Positions 1 to 9,373 are shown, counted from the first letter of the stretch. The stretch is DNA of 36,717 nt from an uncultured archaeon (GCA_902385045.1 CABMDW010000108.1:1-36717); one strand, 5' to 3'. Translations and numbers: made by a program. Notes: generated by a model from the sequence alone, not told the origin.

Positions 1-1644
1 GTTCCTTACTTTCTTTCCTAAAGATTCATTAGAATCTTCAACTACCGTTCTAAAACCTAATTGCCTTAAATGAGCACCTAATTTCAATGCTTCATCAGTT
101 TGCTTATCAGAAACAGGAATAATGAATACTTGAACTGGAGACAACCAAAATTCATATTCTGGAGTTGTAGTATTAAGTTTTGCTCCTTCTCGTTCTAATA
201 CAGCATAAACAACTCGTTCTACTGCTCCTGAAATTGAAGCGTGCAAAATTATTGGTTTTGCCTTCTTACCTGAATCATTAATATAATTCAAGTCAAAAGT
301 TTCTCCATTTTCAACGTCAATCTGCACTGTACTCAAAGCAGTTGCTTTCATACTTGAGTCAATGAAATTCATTTCAAATTTAGTGATAAAGTAAGCATAT
401 CTCTTGTCAAACACTTCAAACAAAACAGGCTTCTTGAATTTCAAAACCATTTTCTTATAAAACTCCATGTTTTCTTCTAAAAAGTCTTTCTGAACTCTAA
501 AAGCTAATTCTACTGGAATGTGAAATTCTTCATTCCAAGACCTACATAATTCGTATTGTCTTTCAAATTCTTTCTTTGACTGTTCTAAGTCAGCACACAT
601 AGTATGCATGTCTGGCATCGTAAATGCTCTCAATCTCTTTAGACCAGCCAATTCTCCTGATTGTTCTCTCCTGAAGGAATAATGAGTTAATTCATAAATC
701 TTAAATGGAAGAATCTTATAAGTCAAAACAGAATCATGGGCAATCAAAAATTGTCCGAAACAAGCTGAGAATCTTAAGAAGAATTTTCTCTCATCGCTTT
801 GAATAGTATATTGTCTTGCTGGAAATCTATTCAAATACTTTACTAGAGCAGGATGTGCGTAATCATACATTATTGGAGTTTCAACTCTTGACGCTCCATA
901 ATTTACGCAAATTCTTGATACTTCCTCTTCGATAATTTTCTTCATCACATGACCCTTAGGAAGCCATCTGAAGTGTCCAGAATCTGAAGCAGGTTCATAC
1001 GAAACTAAGCTTTGCTCCTTCATTAGTTTAATGTGAACAGGTTCAGTCGAATAAGCTCTAACTTTCTTTAATTCATAATCATAGAATGCTTTCAAACCAT
1101 AATTGTTTCCAAAATCAAAATTACTGGCTTCAACTAGTTGTCCGTTCTCATTCATGACATATAAAATGCTTTTTACTTCTGATTCTGTTTTCAAACTCTG
1201 AGATTCAATTTCTTTACTTAGAGAAGTATCTTTGGTAATTGTTTTGCTCAATTCGCTTAAAGGATGTCCTAAACAATTTATTGAAAAACTCTTGTACCAA
1301 CCAAAAGGACTTTTGTAGACTTCAAAATTCTTTGACTTTAATAATTCATAAAATTTGGCTAAAAGTTTCTTAGCAACATCAGGTTTTGCTAAATTACTAG
1401 ACAAATGAGCATAAGGATAAAGCAAAATTCTTTGAGCCTTGACTTTATCGAAATCGTCTGAAACAAAACTAACTGCTTTATTCAAAATTTCATCATTATC
1501 TTCACTTTCAACGCTAGTAAAGACGACTAAAACATTTTCAAGATTTTTACTCTTGTTTTCTTCATCAATTTCATCACATGAATTTAAAGCCTTATTTCTA
1601 ACTTCATAGGATGCTTTAGAACAGTGAACCTGTAGTAATTTCAT
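1..1644 (-). CDS. thrS: threonyl-tRNA synthetase, archaeal type with N-terminal editing domain (C-terminal end runs off the window)
   Basis: The minus strand is open from the ATG at 1644-1642 to the window edge. It is absent from the ORF track because it has no stop in the window. My translation begins MKLLQVHCSKASYEVRNKAL..., an archaeal ThrRS editing-domain style N-terminus. Further in it contains HFRWLPKGH and FRREQSGELAGLKRLRAFTMPDMH (class II motif 2). Confidence 0.85.
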   Translation of the reverse strand, partial: MKLLQVHCSKASYEVRNKALNSCDEIDEENKSKNLENVLVVFTSVESEDNDEILNKAVSFVSDDFDKVKAQRILLYPYAHLSSNLAKPDVAKKLLAKFYELLKSKNFEVYKSPFGWYKSFSINCLGHPLSELSKTITKDTSLSKEIESQSLKTESEVKSILYVMNENGQLVEASNFDFGNNYGLKAFYDYELKKVRAYSTEPVHIKLMKEQSLVSYEPASDSGHFRWLPKGHVMKKIIEEEVSRICVNYGASRVETPIMYDYAHPALVKYLNRFPARQYTIQSDERKFFLRFSACFGQFLIAHDSVLTYKILPFKIYELTHYSFRREQSGELAGLKRLRAFTMPDMHTMCADLEQSKKEFERQYELCRSWNEEFHIPVELAFRVQKDFLEENMEFYKKMVLKFKKPVLFEVFDKRYAYFITKFEMNFIDSSMKATALSTVQIDVENGETFDLNYINDSGKKAKPIILHASISGAVERVVYAVLEREGAKLNTTTPEYEFWLSPVQVFIIPVSDKQTDEALKLGAHLRQLGFRTVVEDSNESLGKKVRN

Positions 1645-1724
1645 TTTAATAATTAAGGTGAAAAGACTTTAAGTTACTTTCCGAAAAAGTAAAATGTTAA
1701 AAAGAATTCCTACGTAGACAATTC

Positions 1725-2045
1725 ATGACGGATAATAACATCACTAAAACTGAAGCCAAGGAATTGAAGAACAAAGTTCAAGAATTAATTGAAAGAAACA
1801 AAGAATACAATCTCGAAGTCAGAAAAACTACGATAACAACTATTGCCGGAGCTTTGACTTTAGTAGCAGGATTATTTTGGCAGGATGCAATAAAACAAGG
1901 AATCGGAGATTATCTTCCGGCAGGAAATTCGTTTACTGCAAAAATAGTCATAGCATTGATAATAACAGTAATTTTTGCAACAATAATAGTAATTCTAAAT
2001 AAGTCATTGCAGAAAACTTTAGAAAAGAAAACTGATGTTAAGTAG
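1725..2045 (+). CDS. small hypothetical membrane protein (charged helical N-terminus, two hydrophobic spans)
   Basis: 106 aa ORF with an ATG start. It has a K/E-rich N-terminus followed by ITTIAGALTLVAGLFW and IVIALIITVIFATIIVIL. Its 3' end overlaps the convergent gene by 27 nt. Confidence 0.5.
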   Translation: MTDNNITKTEAKELKNKVQELIERNKEYNLEVRKTTITTIAGALTLVAGLFWQDAIKQGIGDYLPAGNSFTAKIVIALIITVIFATIIVILNKSLQKTLEKKTDVK

Positions 2046-2657
2046 AGCTTTTTTAAAATCAACTTCAATTGCTCTTCCACTATCAAATAATTTGCTCATG
2101 TTATCGTCATTCATAATTCTATTTGATCCTTCTACCTTAGAATTATTGATTACTTCCAAAATCGGAAAACCATGTTTTTGAATTAATGACTTGGTTTCTC
2201 CAGCAATTTTTTCTGAAATAAGAGTATCTTGTTTTACAATTACTACTAAATCCCATTGAGTTTCTTCCAGCAAAGTTATTACTGCATCGCTAGTTCCGGG
2301 AGGAGCATCCGCAATCAAAAACTTAATGTCTTCCATTAAAGTATTGCCAAACAATTGTCTAATTGCACTAGTAATCATTGGACCTCGCCAAGCAACAGTA
2401 GAATCGTGTTGAATTAAGTCTATAGAGACGACTCCAAGATTTGGATTAACACTAACGGGAATCAAATAATTTCTTGAATCAAGGTTTTCAACTTTCATTC
2501 GCTCATTTAATCCTAAGTAATGCGGAATACTGGCTCCCGTAATATCACAATCCAATAATATTGTCTTTCCCTGAGAAGCATAAAATAAAGATAAGAGCAC
2601 TGAAATCGTGCTTTTTCCTACTCCGCCCTTTCCAGAACAAACTAAAATCTTTTTCAA
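2019..2657 (-). CDS. Mrp/NBP35 (MinD/ParA superfamily) P-loop ATPase, short form lacking the CxxC motif
   Basis: It has the deviant Walker A CSGKGGVGKST, then LLDCDITGASIPHYLGL, and the Walker B-like FLIADAPPGTSD typical of Mrp/ApbC. At 212 aa it is short, and the C-terminal half has no cysteine pair. Confidence 0.8.
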   Translation of the reverse strand: MKKILVCSGKGGVGKSTISVLLSLFYASQGKTILLDCDITGASIPHYLGLNERMKVENLDSRNYLIPVSVNPNLGVVSIDLIQHDSTVAWRGPMITSAIRQLFGNTLMEDIKFLIADAPPGTSDAVITLLEETQWDLVVIVKQDTLISEKIAGETKSLIQKHGFPILEVINNSKVEGSNRIMNDDNMSKLFDSGRAIEVDFKKALLNISFLF

Positions 2658-2718
2658 GCAATAAACCTACAAATATAATTAGGTTTTATCAAATAAATTA
2701 ATACAGAGTGAAAAGTAA

Positions 2719-4020
2719 ATGATGAAAGAACATTATATTTCAGAAGTACCCTTAAATCAAGAAACAACCATTGCAGGTTGGGTGCATGAAGTTCGTGACA
2801 CTAAAAACTTTTTATTCTTCGTCTTAAGAGATAAAACTGGAAAAATTCAAGTAACAATTAAGAAAGGAGAAAACGAATTATCAGAAAAAGCAATAAAACT
2901 TGTTAGAGAAGACTGCATTCAATTGAAAGGAATTTCAAAAGAAAGCAAGATTGCTAATGCAGGAATAGAATTTGTTCCAACCGAATTAACTGTCTTGGGA
3001 AAAGTCGAAGGAATAGTTCCAATTGATGTTACTGGCAGAGTAGCTGCAGAATTAGATACTAGATTAGATTATAGAAGCATAGACTTGAGAAGAGACAAGA
3101 TCAAATCAATTTTCAAAATAAAATCAAAAGTAGTACAAGAATTCAGGAATTATCTTTCTTCAAGAGATTTTGAAGAATTGCACGTACCAAGCATTTTAGG
3201 TTCAAGCACTGAAGGTGGAACTGAATTATTTGAAATAAAATATTTTGAAAAGAAAGCTTATTTGTCACAATCCCCGCAATTATACAAACAACTGGCAGTA
3301 TTAGGAGGATATGACAAAGTATACATTACTACTCCAGTTTTCAGAGCTGAAAAACACAATACGTTAAGCCATTTGAATGAATGCATGCAATTGGATATTG
3401 AAATGGGCTTCTGCGACAATAATGATGCAATGAAAGTACTTGGAGAGACGTTTATTGCAATGCTTAAGAAAGCAAGTGAAATGCAGAAAGAATTAGAAGC
3501 CATTGGAACTCAAATTAAACTTCCGAGTGAAGAAGTTCCAATAGTAACTTACAAGGAAATAATCGAAAGACTGCAAAAAATAGGTTCAAAAACTCAAGAC
3601 GGCGAAGACTTAAGCAAGGACGACGAAAAACTCATTTACGAAAAACTTGGATACGAGTACGTAATAATAAAAGATTATCCGACAAAAGTAAGAGCATTTT
3701 ATTCATTACCATACTTAGACGGAGAATCTGAATACAAGAATAAAGAATATTGTAAGAGTTACGATTTAATCTACAGAGGAACTGAAATTTCTTCTGGAGC
3801 CCAAAGAATCCACGATCCTCAACTACTAACGGATCAAATAAAAGAAAAAGGATTGAATCCTGAAGACTTCAAAGGATACATTGATTCATTCAAATACGGT
3901 TCATGCCCGCATGCAGGCTGGAGTATTGGAGCGGAAAGAATAACAATGAAAATATGTAATCTGGAAAACATTCGGGAAGCGGTATTGTGGCCTAGAGACC
4001 GAGTGCGAATCACTCCTTAG
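2719..4020 (+). CDS. aspS: aspartyl-tRNA synthetase, archaeal/eukaryotic type
   Basis: 433 aa. It has an N-terminal OB anticodon-binding region (IAGWVHEVRDTKNFLFFVLRDKTG) and the class IIb motifs LSQSPQLYKQ, FRAEKHNT and GSCPHAGWSIGAERI. Confidence 0.92.
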   Translation: MMKEHYISEVPLNQETTIAGWVHEVRDTKNFLFFVLRDKTGKIQVTIKKGENELSEKAIKLVREDCIQLKGISKESKIANAGIEFVPTELTVLGKVEGIVPIDVTGRVAAELDTRLDYRSIDLRRDKIKSIFKIKSKVVQEFRNYLSSRDFEELHVPSILGSSTEGGTELFEIKYFEKKAYLSQSPQLYKQLAVLGGYDKVYITTPVFRAEKHNTLSHLNECMQLDIEMGFCDNNDAMKVLGETFIAMLKKASEMQKELEAIGTQIKLPSEEVPIVTYKEIIERLQKIGSKTQDGEDLSKDDEKLIYEKLGYEYVIIKDYPTKVRAFYSLPYLDGESEYKNKEYCKSYDLIYRGTEISSGAQRIHDPQLLTDQIKEKGLNPEDFKGYIDSFKYGSCPHAGWSIGAERITMKICNLENIREAVLWPRDRVRITP

Positions 4021-4059
4021 CATTAAAAAAGAATTACTGAATAATTATTTGAGTTTACA

Positions 4060-5127
4060 ATGGAAACATCACTAATACTTTTAACAATAATTTCAAGTTG
4101 CGTAGGATTCATAGTTAGTTTTTTACTAATTCCAAAATTCAAGACATTTCTTCACAACATTGACATTCTAGCAATCGATCAACAAAAAAAGGAAAAACCG
4201 AGGATAGCAACTTCAGGTGGAATTCCTATTGCAATAGGATTTTTCACTGCAATAATGGTCTTCTTAATACTAAAAACATATTTTCCACTAACCTTTAATT
4301 TTAACATTAATTACGATTACATTTTAGCTGCGTGCTTAACATCTTTGTTCATTGCATTGGTTGGTTTCTTTGATGACATTTACTTGAAAAAAGTAAAAAC
4401 AAAAACAAACGATACTGCAGAATACAGGATAGGATTAAGCCAATGGATGAAACCGTTAATAACATTACAAGCAGCACTTCCCTTGGTAGTAATAATCAAT
4501 AATTATTCTAATCTAGCGATTCCATTTATAGGAAAAATTGAATTGGGAGTTATAATTCCATTAATAATAATTCCAATAGTAATCATGGGAGTAAGCAATG
4601 CTTTCAACATGTTTGCAGGGAAAAATGGTTTGGAAGCAGGATTAGGAATTCAAGCATTCTTATTTCTCGGATTAATAGGAATAACTCTCGGAAAAAATGA
4701 AATGACATTATTGTGTTTTATTTCAATGGCTTGTCTTCTAGCTTTCTTAAAATTCAACTGGTATCCGGCTTCAATATTGCCTGGAGATTCTCTAACGTAC
4801 TTTACTGGAGGAGCTTTTGCCTCAGCAATAATTTTAGGTGGAAGTCAAGTAATTTTTTATGCAGGAATAATATTCATTCCATGGATTCTAGAAGCAATAC
4901 TAAAATTACGTGGCAACTTCAAGAAAAAGAGTTTAGGAGAATTACAGAAAGACGGTACGTTAAAAGCCCCATATGATAAAATCTATTCATTAAATCATAT
5001 TGTAATGAAGATCCCAGAATGGTTTGATATGAAAAGAAGGTTCAAGGAAAGCGAAATTGCAGTCATACTAATCAGTTTTGCAAGTCTATTTTCGTTAGCA
5101 GCATTTATTTTAGTTACAATATTATAA
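4060..5127 (+). CDS. polyprenyl/dolichyl-phosphate N-acetylhexosamine-1-phosphate transferase (MraY/WecA/AglH family, GT4)
   Basis: Polytopic membrane protein carrying GFFDDIYL and NAFNMFAGKNGLEAG, the signature motifs of the MraY/WecA/AglH family. Confidence 0.8.
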   Translation: METSLILLTIISSCVGFIVSFLLIPKFKTFLHNIDILAIDQQKKEKPRIATSGGIPIAIGFFTAIMVFLILKTYFPLTFNFNINYDYILAACLTSLFIALVGFFDDIYLKKVKTKTNDTAEYRIGLSQWMKPLITLQAALPLVVIINNYSNLAIPFIGKIELGVIIPLIIIPIVIMGVSNAFNMFAGKNGLEAGLGIQAFLFLGLIGITLGKNEMTLLCFISMACLLAFLKFNWYPASILPGDSLTYFTGGAFASAIILGGSQVIFYAGIIFIPWILEAILKLRGNFKKKSLGELQKDGTLKAPYDKIYSLNHIVMKIPEWFDMKRRFKESEIAVILISFASLFSLAAFILVTIL

Positions 5128-5147
5128 ACTAAATAGAGGTTTAGTAA

Positions 5148-5594
5148 GTGAAGTTAGTTTACAAAATAATAATCGGAATAATCGTATTTTTTGCAGTAAT
5201 ACTTACTAGTTTCTTCTACTATGCCGGCGCAAGATTATACAACGCATTCCAAGGCAATCCGCCTGGAACTTTCAACAATACTTTGGCCTTAGAAATTCCG
5301 TTAGCATTAATTCAAAATTATAATAGAACATTGAATCATACGATTCCATATGAATGTGATTCAAGAAATCCATATTATTCAAATTCAAACTATTCACTAA
5401 TCCCATGCATTAATTCATTAAAAATAAATGAAACCCTGAAAAACATTTGCTTGGAAAAACAAAAACTCATAGAAAACGTAATAATCCAAAGAAGAGGCTA
5501 TTCGAAAATACAATTAGGTTGGACTTCAATGATTGATCAGAAAGTTTTCGAAATAAACGATTGCTTGGATTTAATCAGCAATTACTCAAGGTAA
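5148..5594 (+). CDS. hypothetical membrane-anchored extracellular protein, N-glycosylation sequon rich
   Basis: 148 aa with an N-terminal hydrophobic anchor (IIIGIIVFFAVILTSFFYY). It has six N-x-S/T sequons (NNT, NRT, NHT, NYS, NET, NYS) and 4 Cys. It lies directly downstream of the GT4 gene. Confidence 0.5.
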   Translation: MKLVYKIIIGIIVFFAVILTSFFYYAGARLYNAFQGNPPGTFNNTLALEIPLALIQNYNRTLNHTIPYECDSRNPYYSNSNYSLIPCINSLKINETLKNICLEKQKLIENVIIQRRGYSKIQLGWTSMIDQKVFEINDCLDLISNYSR

Positions 5595-6713
5595 GAAATC
5601 TTGATTCTTAATCTTTTCAGGCAAGTAAGTATTTGAAATATATTGCAAGTTCTTTGAAGACAAAGACTGAATTTCTGCTTTAATCTTTAGATCTAAGAAC
5701 TTATTGATTTCAGTCTGCCATTCTTTGTACTTGAACCACTCGTAGCTCTTCATTTCTTGAGCTCTTTTTATGTCCACTTCCTTTGCTTTGATAGTTACTG
5801 CCTTCAAATCATAGTGTTCAATATCAGAAATACTCATTCCCAAGAATTTAGCTTCCCTGCATCCGAGTCTTTCCGATTCATGAGCTAAAGCCATTGAACC
5901 ATATTTCATTGTAGAGTAAATATACCATCCATAAGGATCCGCGTCTGTTAAAATGTAAATTGGAAGTTTTAATTCCGTGGATAATCTCTGTAAGAATCGT
6001 CTTGCTCCTCTTGCAGCTTGTCCTGCAGTAGTCATTATCAAACTATTATTCTTCTGCCAGAATTTGTCTTCGTTTAACCTGTCGAAAATCGCATTTTTTT
6101 CTGCTACTAGAACATAATCAACATCTACTTTCTTGAAATTAATTTGCTCTACAATTGACGGTACAGACCAACCCCCTGAACCCATTTTGCTCAAGTCAAT
6201 TAAGTCGACTTTATCTCTTACTCTGTCTTCGACAGTCATGTTTCCAGCCATTCTGCCTTTAGGTTCTGCTCTTAAGTTTAATCTTTCTCTGAAAGTTTCC
6301 AAGGCTACTTCAAAATCTACTATTGCCAAGTCAGATTCTTTCTGTTCGTCAATAGTATCTTCTTTAGTTCCTTCAATCGTGTGCTTTTTGGCATAATATA
6401 AGTCTCGAAGTGTTGCAGTTAATTCGTTTGCTAGCAAATCTTTTTGAACATAAGATGCGACTAACATTGTTTGCATAAATCTTCTCGCGTGGGCTACATT
6501 GAAGAGGGATCGTTTAGCCATTTTGTCTCCGAGAATAATCTTTTGTTGTGATTCGTCAAAATGAACGTTAGCACTTCCTCTAATTGGAATATCCAAATGA
6601 GGATTATCCATTGCTTCTATTTGACTGATTAACTTTTCTCCCAAAGCTTTTATTTTTAGTGAAATGTCTTCAGTATTTCGTTTATTAGTTTTTTCTTGCG
6701 ATCTTGCTGCCAT
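5586..6713 (-). CDS. top6A: DNA topoisomerase VI subunit A (Spo11-like)
   Basis: 375 aa. The catalytic-Tyr region is LRDLYYAKKH and the Toprim region is YILTDADPYGWYIYSTMKYGS. Confidence 0.92.
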   Translation of the reverse strand: MAARSQEKTNKRNTEDISLKIKALGEKLISQIEAMDNPHLDIPIRGSANVHFDESQQKIILGDKMAKRSLFNVAHARRFMQTMLVASYVQKDLLANELTATLRDLYYAKKHTIEGTKEDTIDEQKESDLAIVDFEVALETFRERLNLRAEPKGRMAGNMTVEDRVRDKVDLIDLSKMGSGGWSVPSIVEQINFKKVDVDYVLVAEKNAIFDRLNEDKFWQKNNSLIMTTAGQAARGARRFLQRLSTELKLPIYILTDADPYGWYIYSTMKYGSMALAHESERLGCREAKFLGMSISDIEHYDLKAVTIKAKEVDIKRAQEMKSYEWFKYKEWQTEINKFLDLKIKAEIQSLSSKNLQYISNTYLPEKIKNQDFLP

Positions 6714-6744
6714 AATCTTAAATCATCCTCATATAATCAAAAAT

Positions 6745-7503
6745 TCAATATTTTACAGAACCTCCATTTTCAAGTATTTTTATTCCAGAATATTCTTTTT
6801 CTTTAAGCAATTTTAATAATTCTTCCTTTGGTTCATCTATAGTATCTAAAGCCAATCTAAATGTACCCCAATGAATTGGAATCATGTTTAAAGCTCTTAA
6901 ATCTTCATAACATTTCAAACCATGTTTTGGATTCATGTGAATAAACCAATTCAAGAAATACGGTTTATAACAACCAATCTGTATTAATGCCAAATCAATA
7001 CGATCTTTCGAAAGTTCTTTTTTAAAATAATCCCAGTACGCAGTATCACCGGTAAAGTAAACATTCTTTTCTCCTCGAATCATATAACCCGCGCACTTTG
7101 TTGGGAAAATTGCGGGAAGCCTGTAAGCAACATGTCGAGCCTTGGTCAATTCAAATTCAACTCCTTCAACAGTATATTTTTCTCCATAATCCAATTCAAC
7201 GTAATTTAACAAACCTTCTCTTTTCAAAAATTTTCCAGTTCCAACGGGAGCTAAAATCAATGTATGCGGATTCGCATTTGAAAGCAGTTTAAGAGATGGA
7301 AAATTCAAATGATCATAATGAACATGACTTATGGGAATAACATCAATCTTCGGAAGTTTTTCAAAAGGAATTCCTGGTTGTCTTGATCTTTTAATGAAGA
7401 AAGCATAATTGGTCAGATGTGGATCAGTCAAGTAAGTAATTTTTTCTTCGACTAAAACTGTGGAATGACCAACAAATGAAACTTTCAAATTATTAAACAC
7501 CAA
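6745..7503 (-). CDS. MBL-fold metallo-hydrolase
   Basis: 252 aa with the HxHxDH motif (SHVHYDHL). The N-terminus KVSFVGHSTVLVEEKITYLTDP is typical of the Lactamase_B_2/3 type. Its start lies 1 nt from the top6B stop. Confidence 0.8.
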   Translation of the reverse strand: MVFNNLKVSFVGHSTVLVEEKITYLTDPHLTNYAFFIKRSRQPGIPFEKLPKIDVIPISHVHYDHLNFPSLKLLSNANPHTLILAPVGTGKFLKREGLLNYVELDYGEKYTVEGVEFELTKARHVAYRLPAIFPTKCAGYMIRGEKNVYFTGDTAYWDYFKKELSKDRIDLALIQIGCYKPYFLNWFIHMNPKHGLKCYEDLRALNMIPIHWGTFRLALDTIDEPKEELLKLLKEKEYSGIKILENGGSVKY

Positions 7504-7504
7504 A

Positions 7505-9373
7505 TCATTCTTCAGCAGAATCTCCTAAATCTTCGTCGGAGTTCAACTCATCTTCACTTTCATCTTTAGCTTCAAGAAGAGCGGTTCGGTCTTTAGCTAT
7601 CTTTGAAAGCTTGTCTTTTAATTTTTCTTTGCTTACTCCGGTTATATCATGCAAGCAAGCAACTACTTCACCAATGTAACGCATGAAAATGCTTCTTCTT
7701 TCTTCTTGATCGGCTAATTTTTGTAGAGAGTGAATGTAAATTGAAACTTCACGAGCACATTCCATTAAAGCATTCCTGATTTCAACTACTATTTCCTCTT
7801 CAGAAGAAATAGCTAATTTTCCTGCTCCAGTGTAAGGAACGTAAACTGAAACAAAGTTAACAAAAATAGATACGGGCTGATGATCAATATCTTTCAAATC
7901 ATAGCGATTCCAGTCAATTGTTTTAACTGCTTCAGTAATAGCACAATTTCCAGCGTCAAATAATAAAGGGGTTCTGTTTGCAAACCTTAGAATTTCAACT
8001 CCTTTGCCTTCTTGTCCCAAAGTGCTTCCAGCTTCTCCTCCGAAAGCAACTGCAGCTTCAACTAAGAATGGAATTCCTCCTCTAAAAACTCTGGCTTTTC
8101 TTTCAACTACTTTCAATTGCTCTGGTTTTAGTAAACTAGTCAAACTCTTTTTAATTTGTTCTTCTCCGATTGGAACAAGAGTGTCAACTTCAGGAGCAAT
8201 CCACTTCACTTTTTGAAATTGCTGTACTAGTTTTTCAGCTTCAGTCCATTGTAATGAAGAAGGAGTTTTCTTAAAATCAATTTTGGTGAGTGCTTCTAGT
8301 TCTTTTACTTTATCATTTGAAAATCTTGAAAATTCAGTAGTAAAGAAACCACTTAACGATCTTGCTTTAGTACTGGAAATCATGTCCATTAAATCTGAAA
8401 CATTCATTCCAAGAGCATGAGGTAAAGCTGCTTTTGGTTTTTGAGGAATTTCCTTTATGGACCTTGGAAATACTACTACATTGCCAGTTGGTTCGATTAG
8501 AGTAAGTTGAGCATGAGGGTTTGCAAGGGCAGTTCTTCTCAAATATTCGTAAACAGAATATTCTGATTTATTATAACCTACTTCAGCAAATTCACAAGTT
8601 ACTTTTACTCCCCTGAATTTTCCGGCATATTCTTTTTCATTGGTAGTGACTGGATCATTTGTTTTAACGTCAATAGATAAATCACATTCGTAAACCTTGC
8701 CATCACCGATACCACTTTTAACGTGAGTTGGTTTTCCGGTAGTCATTGAACCGAATAATACTGCGTAGGCAGCTCCGATTCCTTGTTGTCCTCTTTTTTG
8801 TTTTCTTTTATGAAATTTTGTTCCAGCCAATAATTTTCCGAAAGCCTGTCCTACATTTTTCTTTGGAACTCCAGTTCCGTTATCTTCAACGCTAACTTTA
8901 ATGTGACCAGTCGCGTATTTTGCAATAATAGTATTGCCTACAGGAAGAGGAGCTTTCAAAATTATTACTTTAACTGATTCTTTGCCTTTTCTTTCAGTTT
9001 TAATGCTATAATCTACTTTATTTTGAAGCATTATTCCATTAGAATAAAATTCATACATGTCTGCTTCTAAAACTTCTTGAGGAATTTCAAACAAAGCTTT
9101 TCCGCCGTCACCTGAAGCAATTACTTCTTCTCTTTTAGCAGCAGCAACTTCTTCTAATTCAACTAGGATTTCTGGAAGAATTTCTCCTTCTTCACAAGCA
9201 TCAAGAGAATTAGTGACAAATTCGTGAACTATAGTGGTTAAAGATCTTATTTTTCCAGAGTAACCAAGCATTTGCCTGTTTCTCTTGAAAAATTCAGCTA
9301 CACTGTATTCTCTAAATTCTTTACTTAATTGTTCTTCAGATACATCATTTTTGTCGGCCATTAAAAAAATCAC
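7505..9373 (-). CDS. top6B: DNA topoisomerase VI subunit B (GHKL ATPase)
   Basis: It has the N-box HEFVTNSLDA, the G1-box VEDNGTGVP, and KRGQQGIGAAYAVLF, followed by a transducer region. The track start is a GTG at 9373. An ATG at 9361 (MADKND...) is an alternative start. Confidence 0.92.
   Translation of the reverse strand: MIFLMADKNDVSEEQLSKEFREYSVAEFFKRNRQMLGYSGKIRSLTTIVHEFVTNSLDACEEGEILPEILVELEEVAAAKREEVIASGDGGKALFEIPQEVLEADMYEFYSNGIMLQNKVDYSIKTERKGKESVKVIILKAPLPVGNTIIAKYATGHIKVSVEDNGTGVPKKNVGQAFGKLLAGTKFHKRKQKRGQQGIGAAYAVLFGSMTTGKPTHVKSGIGDGKVYECDLSIDVKTNDPVTTNEKEYAGKFRGVKVTCEFAEVGYNKSEYSVYEYLRRTALANPHAQLTLIEPTGNVVVFPRSIKEIPQKPKAALPHALGMNVSDLMDMISSTKARSLSGFFTTEFSRFSNDKVKELEALTKIDFKKTPSSLQWTEAEKLVQQFQKVKWIAPEVDTLVPIGEEQIKKSLTSLLKPEQLKVVERKARVFRGGIPFLVEAAVAFGGEAGSTLGQEGKGVEILRFANRTPLLFDAGNCAITEAVKTIDWNRYDLKDIDHQPVSIFVNFVSVYVPYTGAGKLAISSEEEIVVEIRNALMECAREVSIYIHSLQKLADQEERRSIFMRYIGEVVACLHDITGVSKEKLKDKLSKIAKDRTALLEAKDESEDELNSDEDLGDSAEE

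Noticed and set aside
3258-3503. 81-aa ORF antisense to aspS. Similar shadow ORFs lie at 4713-4976, 6133-6396, 7098-7292, 8004-8216, 17725-17949, 18032-18232, 19176-19430, 21206-21622, 25290-25493, 28816-28998 and 32571-32807.
   Set aside because: All lie entirely inside, or largely overlap, much longer ORFs with clear homology or better coding character. Their translations are low-complexity and lack motifs. They are typical shadow frames.
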